NCBI GenBank assembly: GCA_030141605.1
Contig: JAQGDQ010000439.1
Coordinates: forward strand, 62,001 to 126,000
DNA length: 64,000 nucleotides
Origin: Tubiluchus corallicola
Lineage: Eukaryota; Animalia; Priapulida
Direction of reading: 5' to 3'
Both the position numbers and the translations under genes were made by a program. Shown here piece after piece: positions 27,167 through 41,700 of this stretch (within the stretch, counting starts at the first letter, position 1; each line of letters opens with the position of its first letter). The notes beneath the pieces were generated by a model. That model did not search any database, was not told the origin of the DNA, and saw nothing but the letters and a program-made list of their open reading frames with translations.

Positions 27167-27727
27167 GTTATCAATCTGCTATTGGATAATGGTGCTGATG
27201 CTAATCTTCTTGACGAATACGATCACTCTCCGATATATCTTGCATGTAAAAACTGGTTTCATGATCGGGCATTTGTGTTGGTGGAGCATGGTGTATGCAT
27301 TGATGTGGTGCATCAACGTCGCAACAGAGACTCTGTCTTACACATATTGTGTAAGCAAATATTATTGACACAAGATAGTTACGAGAAAGCTAAGCAACTA
27401 ATTATTCTCAGGTTATTTTGCAAGATAATTGCAGCGTGCCATGAGGTTGACATGACGAACAGTGCTGGTGAAACTGCTTACAGTTTATGGGAGAGGTGCA
27501 TGTATGAAGCTTATATGGTTTCTCAGTCTAGTCAAGATAATAGTGTTATTGGACATTGTGATATGCTATTGGAAGTTATTGATAAAATGATGATTTCGAA
27601 GTATTATTTTAATCTGCAGTGTTTGGCAGCACGGTCAATATCAAAATATAGGATTTCCTACTCTGGCATACTTCCAGCTACATTGGTGGAATTTGTTGAA
27701 AAGCACCAAACTGCATTTTCGTGGTAA
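27167..27727 (+). CDS. ankyrin-repeat protein with FEM-1-type C-terminal BC/VHL box, coding exon 2
   Basis: AG at 27165-27166; continues the ankyrin repeat (VINLLLDNGADANLLD) and ends LQCLAARSISKYRISYSGILPATLVEFVEKH, closely resembling the FEM1 family C-terminus. Confidence 0.9.
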   Translation, partial: VINLLLDNGADANLLDEYDHSPIYLACKNWFHDRAFVLVEHGVCIDVVHQRRNRDSVLHILCKQILLTQDSYEKAKQLIILRLFCKIIAACHEVDMTNSAGETAYSLWERCMYEAYMVSQSSQDNSVIGHCDMLLEVIDKMMISKYYFNLQCLAARSISKYRISYSGILPATLVEFVEKHQTAFSW

Positions 27728-28039
27728 AAGCTGTAAGATCAGTGCTTTAAAAACTAGACCAAACTTGAGCCATCATGCCTCCAGGACCTATAAGTCAAGT
27801 TTATGTTATCCCCCACAATGTGCAAAACTATGTGTAAATATAATGCAAATTGTAAATATGATGTCCTAAGTATTAAAATATTAAACTAGTTGGCCACCTC
27901 AACTTTTACATGCTCATTACTAGTTTGGGTCTAGTCATAGTATTATTGTCCACTATTCCCTAAATAAATCTTGCTTCAGTAAATCCGATTTTCTATTAAG
28001 TCATTTCATATTTCTTTGGTCTCTTCAACATGGAGCACG

Positions 28040-28450
28040 TTAAAAGACAATAAAAAAGACAGTTAGTGCAAAAAATGGATTTTAAAAAGACATTGTAATA
28101 AACACAATAGGCATTGGTAAAAGGTAACAGATAAAAAGGCAATGACAAGAACGGCAATAGATAAAAACAATTTTAGTAAAAAATATCAATAGCTAAAAAG
28201 ACATTTGTAGCAATGACATTTGATAGAAAGATAAAGTTATAGGTTTAAAAGATAAAAATAAAAAAGCACTAGACAAAATGATGAAAGTGCAGGTACAGAT
28301 GGAAAAAAGTGACAGAACAGTGTTATTTGTTTTTTTATTTTGTGTTTTGTCTTTTTTCCTATATTTGCTTTTTCACTTTTGTCTTTTTGTTGTGTCTTTA
28401 TTGTTGCCTTTTTATCTATTGACTTTCTATTTTATTTTGTCTTTATTGCT
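28040..28450. repeat. degenerate low-complexity foldback element
   Basis: A-rich left half (agataaaaaggcaatgacaa) mirrored by a T-rich right half (ttgttgcctttttatct). Confidence 0.55.
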
Positions 28451-29399
28451 TATATTATCTCTGTATATAAGCAGCCACATACCAGTGCTAGCACATGCTT
28501 TTTATATTGCTCAGTTATCAACTTTTTTCCCTGGAAATATCTCTTGATTTGTTAATGAAGCTATTCCATTACGTAAAGCGACTCATAAGACGAATTCATT
28601 GTTGTTGATATGAATTTTCTTAATAAAGTGTCATTCGTTTCCAAATAAAGTGTTTATTTTGACATCTCATATGAAGCTGACTGGTGTACATAGTATATAC
28701 AATATTTCTTTATTGGGAAACAAGACCCAATTTGCTTTTGAGATTTTTGAAATTTACTAACTTAGAAGAATAATTTTCTAAGATAATATACTATGGGGCT
28801 CTGTGGCACTAGCTGTATGACAGAGAAAACCTTACAGAAATGCATTCCAAGGTTTATCTGTCAACTAGAATGACTGCAATCGTAATGTGCACACATGCTT
28901 GCACTCATACGTGCACACAAATTGACCGTTAAGTTCAGATGTTTCTATGCATTCATGGCTGCCCTGAAAGCAAAAGGCCTGGTTTTGAGTCTTATTGGAG
29001 ATGTAGACCTTTTTCAGATGTTCTAATTTAGTATTGCTTTCGTGCATTTATTATACATTCAGTAATATGGTTAGTGCAATAATTAGTTCTCACTGAAGGT
29101 GGATATAATAACACGCATACATTTCTGCGTGTTAACTTTACGTCATTTCTGTTAGAGCTTTAAGGATTGCCATGTTGATTATTGTAATGCCTCTTTTTAA
29201 AACAAAGAAAATCTTAACCAAAACACAAGTTTAATAATAATTTAATTGTTCTGACATGTAAATATTGTTTTTAATTTTTGTTTATGATAATACGTTATCA
29301 TTTTTAATAATTAGGGAGTCTACAGTAAACAATGACGACTATAGATTTTCTACAAGCTTACATTTGAAAAGTTTTTATGATAGAAGGCTTCACTTTCTG

Positions 29400-29625
29400 C
29401 ATGACGTGTACCTGTACAGGCAAAGTTCATGATAACATGGATTAATGAGTCACAATGACAAATGCTAGCAGGCGTTTCGGGGTAATGTTCATGTCCACTA
29501 TCCAAATCTCAGTGAGCTGTGGTTGATGTGCGTCAGAATAAAAGCAAGATTCAGTTGAGTGCACATGACGTTCAAACGTGATTGGCTGATAGCGCGAAGG
29601 AGGATCTTGCTGATGCGTCACAACT
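29400..29625 (+). promoter_or_regulatory. putative ADAM promoter with AP-1, CRE-like and CCAAT motifs
   Basis: TGAGTCA at 29446-29452; TGACG/CGTCA half-sites near 29402, 29531, 29566 and 29615; inverted CCAAT (ATTGG) at 29581-29585; all 150-370 bp upstream of the ATG. Confidence 0.45.
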
Positions 29626-29770
29626 TTTAGAGAGTTTACCAGTGAGTGCTAACAGAATTCTAATTTAGACTATTACTAGTATTAGCTCTGTGTTGCCTTT
29701 CAAATTTTCGTGAAATAATTATGCAGTGTGGTTCTTAAGAAAATTTATAACTGATGTTGTCTTATATGAC

Positions 29771-32700
29771 ATGTGGACGTTATACTTTGTGTTTATTACT
29801 CTTCTGGTCCATCGTGTAGTATTGGTGTCGTCAAGTAGAAAATCTGGTAAGATACCGTATTAACATTTAAAACTATTAATAAAAAAACTAGCTGTGGGCC
29901 TGACCATGAAATGGTTAAGATGTATTCATGTAGAGGCTTTGTTTAACAGCAAACGTTTAACAAAGGCAGCACTGTCTATATTTATGTTAAGTATTTCTGC
30001 TGCCAAGTTACATTATAACTGTAAGTGAAAATTAAAGACAATTTTTTAACACCTTATCGAAGAAAATACTTTATCCAAAAAGTAGGGAGTCAGAAGGTAA
30101 CTATCTGTAAACAGTCCTCTCTCAAATGCCTTTTGAAACTGTCAATTGATTAAGCACTGATGGTTAATGTGATTCCATGGTTGAACCATGCCTTGTCCAA
30201 AGAAGTGTGATCTGATGTTGTTTCTAGCTGGTTGCACAAGTACCTTGGACTCATGACCACGAAGAACTCTGTGAGGCCAGCAAAAATGTCTGTCTCTATC
30301 AGATAAGTGTTTCCTCTAATTATTTTGAAGCAGCTCACTAGGTATATAATCTCACGCCTTTGCTTGAGAGTAGAAATCGAAGTAGGATCCGATTCAATAG
30401 CAAGACGAGTGCATCTATCCTGAGTTCTTTCAAGAGCATTCTTGAGAGTAGCATACTGGGTTGACTATACGACCAATGCATATACCAGAATGGGTCGAAT
30501 AACAGCTTTATAGAGAAAAATAATTACAGCTGCATTTCTCGATATCTCACATCGCTTAATCATGTCATCACCATGATGGCTTGCTCTTGCAGTGAGATGG
30601 CACACATGGGGATTCCATTTGAGGTCATTGGAAGTCATAACTCCTAAGTCTCTAATACAACTTTTTCAGCTATTTGTGCATTATTTAGAAAGTAAGGTGT
30701 CATAGATTTAGGTCGTATTCTCAGTTACTAGCAAATTTCTAGATTTAATTGCCATTAATGTAATTTTACATAATGTGCATGACTCTGCGTCTCAATCCAT
30801 TCCTGATACTAATAAACAACTGGGATTCTAGTTGTTAGTAAATTTGCAAATTTTAAGTTGCTTATGTCAGGCTTTGTCATAGGCAAACTCAAGTGCTAAA
30901 TAAAGTACAAGTCTTATTGACAATTTCACACTTATTGGGTGATTGACTATGATAACTTTTGGCTCTTCTGATATTTTTGTAATTTGTTTCGTTACATAAT
31001 TTTGTTTTTATTAAAGGGGAAGAAAAGGGAATTTTAAAGTGCATCCCAAAAAACTTTCTGTACAAAGTTATATTACTTGCCATTACACTTTCCTCTTTGA
31101 AAGACTTGTGTAATTGGAAAAAAGATTCTTAATAATTAAAATATTGATCTTATTGACAATATAAAATAATTAAAATTTTTGCTTAAAGAGTGTGCTACGA
31201 ATACTCTGTTTACTTCTAACTTTACGCAGTGCTATCTAAAGTTATTCTAAATGACTTACCCTCAAAATGGCTGCATCTAATGGTCATCGCGGGAGTTCAA
31301 ATTTATAAGTTTTATACAGCGTTGCTACTAATGCAAATACTGTATGCAGTAAGACAGCATAAAGTGATATAAAATTTCAAAACGAATTTTTTAATTTTTA
31401 TTTATGAAGTATGTTTTCTTGTGCTTCAAATACTATCACAGATTATTGCAATGAATATATTGTAATAAAGCGATAATTAAACTTACTTAAGAGATGGCCA
31501 GCAGGTATTTTAGCACTTATACTAGCCCATTAAAATCAGTACACTTTTACAATTTGCATAAAGCATGGACTTTCACAGTTATGGGTACACCCTGACCGAC
31601 TTTGTTTCTCAATAAATGCAAATGGTCATTCTAGTTGCTTTTCACTATTTTGCTTTTTAGTGGTGTTGATTGACCATAATTGCATAATTAGGTAGAAGTG
31701 GTCAGTAATTAGCAGTTTGCTGGGTAGGTTGGTAAAGTATGTGAGGATGTATAAGGAATGAATTCATTTGAGGTTTCTATCACTATAAAAATTTCATTTT
31801 CTAATTACTTCGAGCTTGGAATGGTTCCTCATAACCTTTCCATAGTCTTCTACTTGTAGTATTAGGGTTTTGCATAGGGCAAGAAGCTATTGCTTAATTA
31901 GTTATGTAGCTGGAGTTTTTCTTATTGCAATAAATGGTTTCATGTATTGTCCCCACTGCAGGTACGTTTGACAGATAGTTTTGTTTATTATCTGTTGACC
32001 AGCAGTGTCGATATTGTATAGTCAAAAACATTGTGGCACTTCATAGATATTCTTCTAATTTGGGTTTGTCTGTTGTATATAGGTTTAGCATCATAGACTG
32101 TTGATTGCCGCAACATTACTTCAATATTTTAAGATATATTTGCAATAATACATGTATTGAATTCCATAATTTAATGTAATCACGGACAGGTATTGAAAAT
32201 GTCATGATACTAGTTTTATAGTTGTAACAAGGTGTATTACATAATAATCGTTAATGTTTTTGACTCTGTCAAAAACTGTGGTAAGATTCTGCTTCTGTGA
32301 ATGGTGATGCTTTAAGTGTGAACTTTTATTTCGTATTTACAAATAAGAAGTGTTTTTCAAAAATCGCTCGCTGGGATTCGAACTCGGATCTTACAAGCAA
32401 AAGTTGTATCCTCGCAGACTGAGCCATTCCGGTTTTCCATGCCTATTCGAGTTTATTAACCAAGTATGTAAATGATACCCTTAAGTTGTCATGCACATTG
32501 CAGAGAACCCAGTTTCATTCAAGAATTTTGAGCTATTCAACCACCAATTAGTCAGTCAATGTTTGTGCTCATTTAGGTGTCTTTAGAAAAAACTTATATC
32601 ACTTGTAGCCCAGCTCCCTCTCTTTTGAAAAAGCCATAAAACTCCCTTAAACATTCCCATACCACACACGACGAACAATTTTTCTTGGGCGATGTTTCAC

Positions 32701-35700
32701 GAACATTTCAGGACTGAAATTGGACCTTCTTATCATTAACCTGTGATCTTGAGGTTCAGCGTCCACCAAAATCAGCTAAACTTATACCATTTGATTTCCT
32801 CTCACTCAGACCTTTCATTTCATATATTACTCAGTACTGTTACTCAACACTGGTAATGGTGCAAGCATTGGTGTCTCTGAAATCGAAAAAATTGTCTCTC
32901 GCAAATGGCTTATATTCAATCACAACATCTCGACCCCACCTAGCCACACGCCAAAAATTGTGACCCTTACCCAAAAACTGTTTGAGCAGATCCAGCCTAG
33001 TGAAAAAAGAAGCCGAGCCCACTCCGTGACCTTTGACTTGGGGAGTGAACATAAATCTCCCTACCTGGGGTATGTGCCCTGTGAGTTTCGTGAATCTAGC
33101 CCTGTGTGTACGAGTTATTAAAGAAACAAAAAGGCACTAAGAAAAAATTAAAAGCCAAGGTAAATCAAGAAGATTTTGTTGTAAAGCAGAATCTTAATAA
33201 TCATTAATAATGTTCATTTCAGTTGGTAAGAGGCTGTACTTATTGGAACCATCTGCAGAATTTAGTTACCACGAAGTGATTGTACCACAATTGATAGTTC
33301 AAGGAAAGTCACAAAACGTAACTACATTATGGAAGGTAAGTTTTGAGCTCAAAAAAAATTACTTGCTATTGAGTCATTAGTTACATTTTTAATTTTGGTT
33401 TTGATGGACTATGCAGTGGACTGGGCATACATTATTTCAAGTACACTGTACTAATTTGTAGTTAAAACTGTTTTGTGATTCAAGTATTGTGCATGCCTTT
33501 CCAACAGTCAGCAGAATTTCTGATGTACTCTTCGTGGCACAAAATTTTAATCCAGAAACTAATTTGCATTTTAGCTTATTCTTACTTGTGGCTTTTAAAT
33601 ACAGTGTGTGGAATATTTTAGAACATATTTTTTACATAACTACGTGAATTCTGCAAGTCTAGCAAATGTGGTTGACCGACCTCAGTGGTGTGTGAGTACT
33701 GTAATATGTGATTTTTCTGAAGTTATTTCCAAAGAAATAAATTTACTGTTGCAGAATGGTTATGACGAACGAATAACCTTATCTTTTCAAGCGTTTGCAA
33801 GATTATTTACAGTAGATCTTCAGAGAAACGGGTAAGTTTGTGGTGCTTGCAAAGTTTGAAAATTTGGTGTAATTAGTGATTAGAAATTAAAATTGTTAAA
33901 TTCTTGCTGTGTTTCTGTTCCAACATAAGGAAGTCATCAGTGACATGAAATTTATGTAAATTATACTAGACTAGATCATATTAGAGCAAAATGTAATATA
34001 ATCTGATCTAATATAATATCATAAACTATCACAAGTAAATGCTAATAAATGCAGAATATTGTCATCGTATTCTGGTAATTCTGTTTTTAAATTGCGCTTC
34101 ATTTATTTTTTCCTGGTATTTTTTGCTAGCAAGGTAACAAATTTACAATTTTTTCAAGGGAGCTATTCTCAAAGTCATATGTAGAGAAATACTTTGCTAA
34201 TGGCTCTGTTGTCGTTCGCAGGAAGGCAGATGTCAAAAACGTGAGTGTTCTTTGTTTTTAAGTTCAATATTTGTTGAACATTCGATGTGTCAATTTTGTT
34301 CGATACAAATCAAAGTACTGAGAAGGGGTTTGTTTTTTCTTATTGTAATAACTTTTGTCGATAACGGAAAACCAGTCTCTATTTCTGGCGAGCTATTAAT
34401 GGAAACTTAATATTGCCAGCTTTTCTCTTTGAAACTTACACCAATAGATAATTCTTGGAAATATGAACGGCAAGAGTCTGTGGTTGAAGATTACGTCTGG
34501 TTGCAATGGGAAAATAAATAAACAGTCACTGTTTACTATAGGGAATATGTGTGGACACATAGTAAATAATCATCTTGTACTAGGTAACTGTAAACCTCAG
34601 AACATAACATAGAGACTGTCGAAAGTCCACCTTGTTATGTTTTCTAATCCTCAGCCAGCATTTACTTAGCTAAAGTTGAAAAGGGCAAAGGTGTATTAAC
34701 TTTAGTAATTTAAAAAGAAATTATATACCGTATTTTCCCATGTATAGGAGACCCTTTTTTGCTCAGAATTTTCACTTTAAAAATAGGGGGTCTCTTATAC
34801 ATGGAAGTAAGCCAACCCTTGGAGAAGTCTGCAGCTGGGTCCTCAAGGCATGGAATGGTGTAAAGCCAGAGGTCATTATTAAATCTTTCAAGAAGTGTGG
34901 CATCTCCAATGCCATGGACGGCACAGAGGACAATGCCATTTTTGAGCAGAGTGACTCCTCTGATGATGAACTGGCTGGAATTGCTGAAGGTCTGACTCCA
35001 GTTGATATTTTTGATGAGAGTGATGAGGAATTTAATGATTTCTATGATGAATAAAGTTATTCATTACCAAAAAACTTTTTTCCAGAATTTTTGCCTAAAA
35101 ATTGAAGGCATCTCTTATACACAAGGGTCTCTTATACATGGGAAAATACGGTAGCTTAGTGGGTAATGAATACATTTCTTTTTTTAAAAAAATGTATATT
35201 TAAATATTTTTATTTTAGGCTGAGAAAATAGATTATTTAAATTTTTGTGCATCAAATTGAGGTTACAAATTTATTATTAAACCTCTATCTAAATGCAACA
35301 CTGTATGTATCATACACATACATATTGTTGCTTTATACTTACAGATAAAAGCCCATTGCCATTACCATGGTAACCTGAGAGGGTCATATGGATCTTCTGC
35401 TGTTTTTAGTACTTGTGCTGGTGTAAGGTTAGTGCATATTTTGACTTGTTTGCTTTCTGTTACCATTATCATCACATTGGCTTTTTTCTACTATAATTAA
35501 TTATTATAATTATCATCATCGTGCTCATCATCATTTTCATCTTCATCGCTACTTTTTGTTATATAACAGGTGATCTTTAATCTCATTGCATTTTTTGCTT
35601 AAATTTTATTTTATGTCTTGTATTCAGATTTGTACCTGTTTTTATTCATACTTTTTACAAAAATACTGTGTACAGCAATTTTTTTCTAAAATTTGTGCTG

Positions 35701-38700
35701 GGCTAGAATAAGTAGATTTTTGAAGGTCTTTTCTGCTTCTTTGAGTGTTCGGTTTGGCATCCACTTCTCAGTGAGTCATATTTACACTTTTATAGGAAAG
35801 CAAATAGCATTCCAATGGGTGCTTTAAATTGTAAAAGTCTTTCTTTAAACAAGCTTTCAAACATTAGGCTCCTGATCATAGCACATGAATTGCCTCGGCG
35901 AAATTATCCTAAGTATGATGGCTGGACAATCTTATTTTAGGTTTTAAACAGTGAATTTTGAGTTATGCTTTATTTAAGGATATCATTGTTAGGTATTAAT
36001 CCTGTCCCGAAAATGTATCACTGAAAAGCAAGTTCTTACCTTCCCAAAATTTGAAAACAAATCCTGAAATTGCTAGAACTGTGTTCAGTTGCTATTTATA
36101 GTCTCACTGTTGCCAGCACTGTTTTTATGTGCAACAAACTTTATGTTAATATTTATTTGGTAGACCAACATGAACAGACCACTTAATGTATTTTACGTTT
36201 CATAATACTGAAATATTTTCTACTCGTTTTTGAAAATTTGTCTGCATGTTGAGGGCATCACAGGTGGTCTTTACTTATTGTTATCTTCTGTGTCTCCCAA
36301 AGGTTAGTTCTAGTTCAGGACATTAATAAAAATATTCGATGTATTTGTTAAATTGGTTAAAAGCCCGACATGAAGTCAGTCAGCTGCATGCCAACGTGAA
36401 CATGCAGTATAAACAAAATCACAAGATCTGATGCGGTTTACAAACAAAATTCCTTTCTGGTGAAAGCTTGAAACGTGAAATGCTTGGTTGATCTTCCGGT
36501 TGTTGAAGTAAGAAAGAAACCTCCCATGACACAGCGGCAATTACAGAAGGGGTTAAAATTCGTGCAGGAATTAGCACTCAGTTGTGTTTCGCTGTAGCTA
36601 TTTGTTTCGGTGTTGATTTATGTCTGTTCACTATCATATAAACAGCAAATTTCTGGTAAGTCAAGGAACTTCTCTAATGGTTTTATCTTTTACTGTATTG
36701 CCTGAGAAGCTGTAAATGTTAATAGCTAGACATTGAATACTTGAGAAATTAATAATTAACCAAATTTCGTAAAGTAATAATAACAAACAGAAATTAGTTT
36801 TCATTAACTAAGTAGACCAGTTAGGCTTTTAATAAATGTCTTGTTAACAGACCAAGTGGCTACAGAGCCCATTTTTAGAATACTTCTTAAGCTTTAAGCT
36901 TCTATTGATTTTCTGCCTTATTTTGTTAAAACCTCTAAAACATACTTATAACAGTTATCAGAAAGGACAGCACTCCTGTAGCTCACCTCAGAACCAGGAG
37001 TAGATGTTTACTGCTGCTGGTTGTTGCATTTAAATTGTAACATTATGAGTTTTGTATCAGTCATGCCACAACCTTGGACATGCTTGTTTGATACCCAGAA
37101 ATAGTAATATTGATCCATTGAATCCTTGGTTTATTTAGCTTAAACATGTCCTCCTAATTTTGCTAAATGGAGAACAAGCTAGCCTTTCTTGTGACTTGAA
37201 TGAGTTGAGCAATTTATTGCAGTACAGATAACATTGCCTTACTTCTATCAACACCAGGCACTGTGTTACTGGATTTGCTGAAGTGGAGTAGCATTTATTA
37301 TTGTTTAGATAACATCTAGTAACGTTATCCAGCCAAGGAAAACAGGCAGAGAGCAGCATTATTGCTTCCCTGTGCTGTCCGACTTCTAGTTAGTAGTAAA
37401 TATATAAACGTTAAACAAACAAAAACAAAAGAATTGTTTATGAAACAACATTGGAGGAGAAATTAAAGCTTCGTTAAAATTTCTTTTTATTCAGTTTAAA
37501 TTCTGCAAATGAGCTTCAATGCTCAAAAGTATGGCCTACTTAGTGTAAATGGTTATGGTAGGACTGGTATCTAGCTGATTATCAAAGATAATCCCCTAAG
37601 ATGAGACACTGCACTGGTAATGGTATTTTTGCTATGTACATATATGCAGACTAGAATTGTTTACATATTTTCTGTCAGTGAGATAAGCACGCAGGGAGAA
37701 ATATAGCAAACGAAACCTGCCAGACATTATTACGCACATCACTCGATTATTTACTGATAATGTTGGATTCTCTGAGCACACACTGTGGCCACTCAGCTAT
37801 TCTGCATATAATTGTTTCTGTAGCCTTTAACAAACAATTGCTAAAACAAGTGTAGTTAAACAAAGAGCTCTACATTTATTTTATGCTTGAAACTGAGTAA
37901 ATGAAAATTAATCAAATTTATACAAATTTAAAATTTGTTTTAGTTTTATTATTGCAAAATAATCCCGATAAATCTAATGATAAGAACTGCTGTTAACTTT
38001 TTATTTCTTTGTTTATTTTTAGTGGCTATGTCAGTGATGGGGAAGAATTGTATCACATAGAACCATCTGGCTTGAATGCAGTGGAACATTTTATCTATCG
38101 GTCATCAGATGCCAGGCCTAGTGACAAGAAATGTGGCACAGGTGTAGTATGCTGTCCTTGTGTTATTTGTATAAGTGTCTTTTGTTATATTTCACTTATA
38201 GTTGCAAGGAGAACATACATGTTCCCTGGGAAGTGGAAAAAGTGTTAAAGTGAAAAATATTTATGATCAAGAGATATATCTGTGAAATCGTATGAAATAT
38301 AGTTTTTACAGTCTAGTAAACCTGATCTTTTTTCCATAATAGTTTAATAAGTGTTTCATATGGCATTCAACTTTTGTTTTGTTTTACAACTTTACTAGCA
38401 ACATTTTACTTATTTTAGTTTTCATTTTTTGTGTAGTACAGGAAAAAATGGTGTCATTTCGAAGCTATTAAAGCCATTTACTGCTACCATTTTGTAGAAA
38501 TATCTTGCTCTTAATTTTTATTCTGTTGTATCTGGCAGACATGCACAGGCACCTGTTTACTCCCAGGCATTTGCTTTTAGTGCTGACATAAATACGGCTG
38601 TAAAAATAGCAGCTGTTTGACCAAATAAGATTTATTTTTCAGTACTGAGATTTTTATTATTACTCATGAAGTCCGGGCTCAACGTTGCAATGCATTCTGT

Positions 38701-41700
38701 TCCTTAAATAATGAATTAATTGATTTTAGATCGAATTTATTTTGTAAATTATTAAATTTCCCTGAATAAGTCATATGTTTTTGTGTAAACATATTTTATT
38801 AATCTCAGAATTAACAATTAAGAATTACAGATGCTTAACTGAAGTTTCTTTTGAAGTTTATTCTTTGTCTGCACTGAAAGCATTTTGATTGCTCGTGTAG
38901 TTTCTTCATTTTTGTCATTTTGTTTTTCACATTTGAATTTTTATTTTAATGTAATTTTTTACAGGGAGTGAATCTAATCAACACTTATTTCACACATTTG
39001 GGAATAAAGAGTTTCACGACCATTTACGGGTAGGTAGCGATCATTTCAGTTTATTTTATTAGTTGCTTAAGAGACTGCGATGACCTAAGTGTATATATTT
39101 TCTTAATCCACTTATGCCACAGCTGTTTGTGATTGCATTTGCTACATAGTTGGATGTGATGCATGTGTGGACTAGGGGGATTGTGCTTTTATCCAGCAGG
39201 GTTTCATGTAGTGGCAATTCCCGGGGAAGTCTTGGTTAAATTACTTATTTTGTTTTTCTTTGACTGCAAGCCAGATTGTGCCGACTGTTTGCAATTAACA
39301 TCTAGCACGTCTCTTGTGGGTACCCTCTTGATGGAACGGATTTGCATGCCATGCGGTCAGGAATGTATTTCCACTTGAACAAAACCACTTAAACTTGGCT
39401 TAGTTTGCATGTTTTGCCCAGAAAATGTGCATAAGTCATGTCATGATAAAATGTATATTTTTTAGTTGTTAGTTTTTTGCTGTTGTTATAGTAGCAGATG
39501 TGACAGTTTCTGCTTTGCGTCAATTACTAATGTTTCTACAATCAGTTCCTTTTACATATTTTTGTACTCATTGCAGCCTGCAGACCATAGACCATTTTTC
39601 TTATTTTCTGCTGATGCTTGAAAATAGTTTTAAAAATCAATTTCTCAATGCTGTTGTGTTGTATTTTTATAATATAATCAGGGGGGCTGTTTTTATACTG
39701 TTTGTGCGAGGTTCTGCGAGCCAGAATCGAGTATTCATTGGCAGAGCCATCTTAATGTGGGTAGCTGTGGCAGAACCGTAATCTAGTTCATTATCAAGGA
39801 TAGTACGAGTCACTGAATCAGCAAAGGTGTTTTAGCCCTGTTTGGCTATGAAGTATATTCTCTCTTGTCGAGATAAATAAGTATGGGCAGATGGACCCAC
39901 TCAATAGCTGTTTTTCTCTCTGTCATCGATCTAATTGCTGATCAGACTCAGTATTTCTTAACTTTGGTCACTAAACACACACTGTGACTGTCTACCTAAT
40001 ATTTTTGCCTCTGTCAAAAATGTATTTTGTGGAAGACCTTAGACATTGCTGAAAGCAAATGTGCCTGTTACAGCTTCTGCAAAATGTCTTTCGTTTAAAT
40101 TGCGCCTAGTGTACACAATCTGGCATAGTCCTGTTTGGAAATAAATGCATGTTTGAATTGAACTACTACATCAAACAATTTAATGGTGCAAAAATAAGCA
40201 AATGGTGCCTATCAAGAGCAAAAATAGCCATTTATATGTATTATGAATGTATAATCCCGGTGACTAATGTAGATATTAGAGACACTTTACTTCTTTTTTA
40301 GCATGTCTAGTTTTTGTTTCTTGGCAGTGCATGCTATTTTGTAGCACACTCATGTACCTGAGTAAATTTATAAAATGTTGGGCTGCTTTTCAGAGAAAGA
40401 GGCAGCTAAGTGATCCATATGGAGCCACAACAGGAGAACATCCAAATTTTGTTGAATTGTTTCTTGTCAATGATCACACAATGGTATGTGTTTTAAAACT
40501 CAAATTTCTATTTTATTTATTTGTTTTTTAAGAACATTTTTAAAAATACATTTTATAAGAGAAAATGGCAGCAGGCATGTAGCACTTATGCTGGCCATAA
40601 AATACAATATAAAATAATTTACTGTATATTTACAATCACAGTTATAAGTCAGATACGTGTGCAGTGAAAATTTTATCATTAAACGGAGTGAGAGACTACA
40701 GTAAATGAAAAATGTAGCTAATTTTCTTTCGAATGCTGCAATGAGCATTGCTAGTTTTTTTACTTAGTGATTGCATTTGATTACTAGCTACAAAAATAGA
40801 AATTTTTTTAGTGCATTCACAGATGCAACATCTTGTTATTCATTAAAAATGAATTTTAGCTAATCATAAGATAGCTTTATTGCATTATTTCTTTCAGACA
40901 TATATGCAAAAAAGATTTTTTTATTGATCAAAATCAAATTGGGGAGCAAAGCATGCTTTTCTCTTCAAATGTGTGCTAGAAGTACTTTGACGCATGAATT
41001 CAAGAATTATTACAACTGGTAACAATATGACAACAATAGTACAAGCAAACGTTTTGTGTCTTTTTTGGAACTTCGTTAGACTATCTTATTGGCTTCAAAA
41101 AACAAGAACTTATTATTTTGAATTAACAGATTTTTGACTCTGAATACTCCCACTCTTAATTTGTTTTGTTTGATGAAGAACAAATAAGTAATGAAGCAGT
41201 CTAATAAATTTTTATAACATTAAAGTACTTTCATTTATACTGTTATCGTTGTTGTTGTTGTAATAGTAGTAGCTGCAATAAGTTAAAAATTTATGAATTT
41301 AAAACAATCATCCAAAGAGGAGAATGTGATTTATTTTTGTGAATGATGTCAATGAGGAACAAAACGTACTTTTGTTACTTGCTTATGAGCTGCTAAAATA
41401 TTTGAAATCCTAAATTAGTTTAGGATTATTCCAAATGTTTAACGTCGCTCTCAATAGGTGTGCCAGTAGTATGTTACTGTTATTTATTATTTATTTGCAG
41501 TACGAACAGTGGGACGATGATCTTGATACTGTTATTTTACGGTCACAGCAAATAGCTAACACAGTAAATATGGTAAGATTGAATTTTACAAAATGGAGCT
41601 GCCTGGTTACATTATGGTTTATTTGTATATCTGGTTTCTCTAAGTAGAATTTTTTACTTTTTAATTGAATATCAAAATGATGTGATAAAAGAATCAGAAA

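Noticed and set aside
28278-28555. Hydrophobic ORFs as small membrane proteins
   Set aside because: They derive from the T-rich half of a low-complexity foldback repeat.
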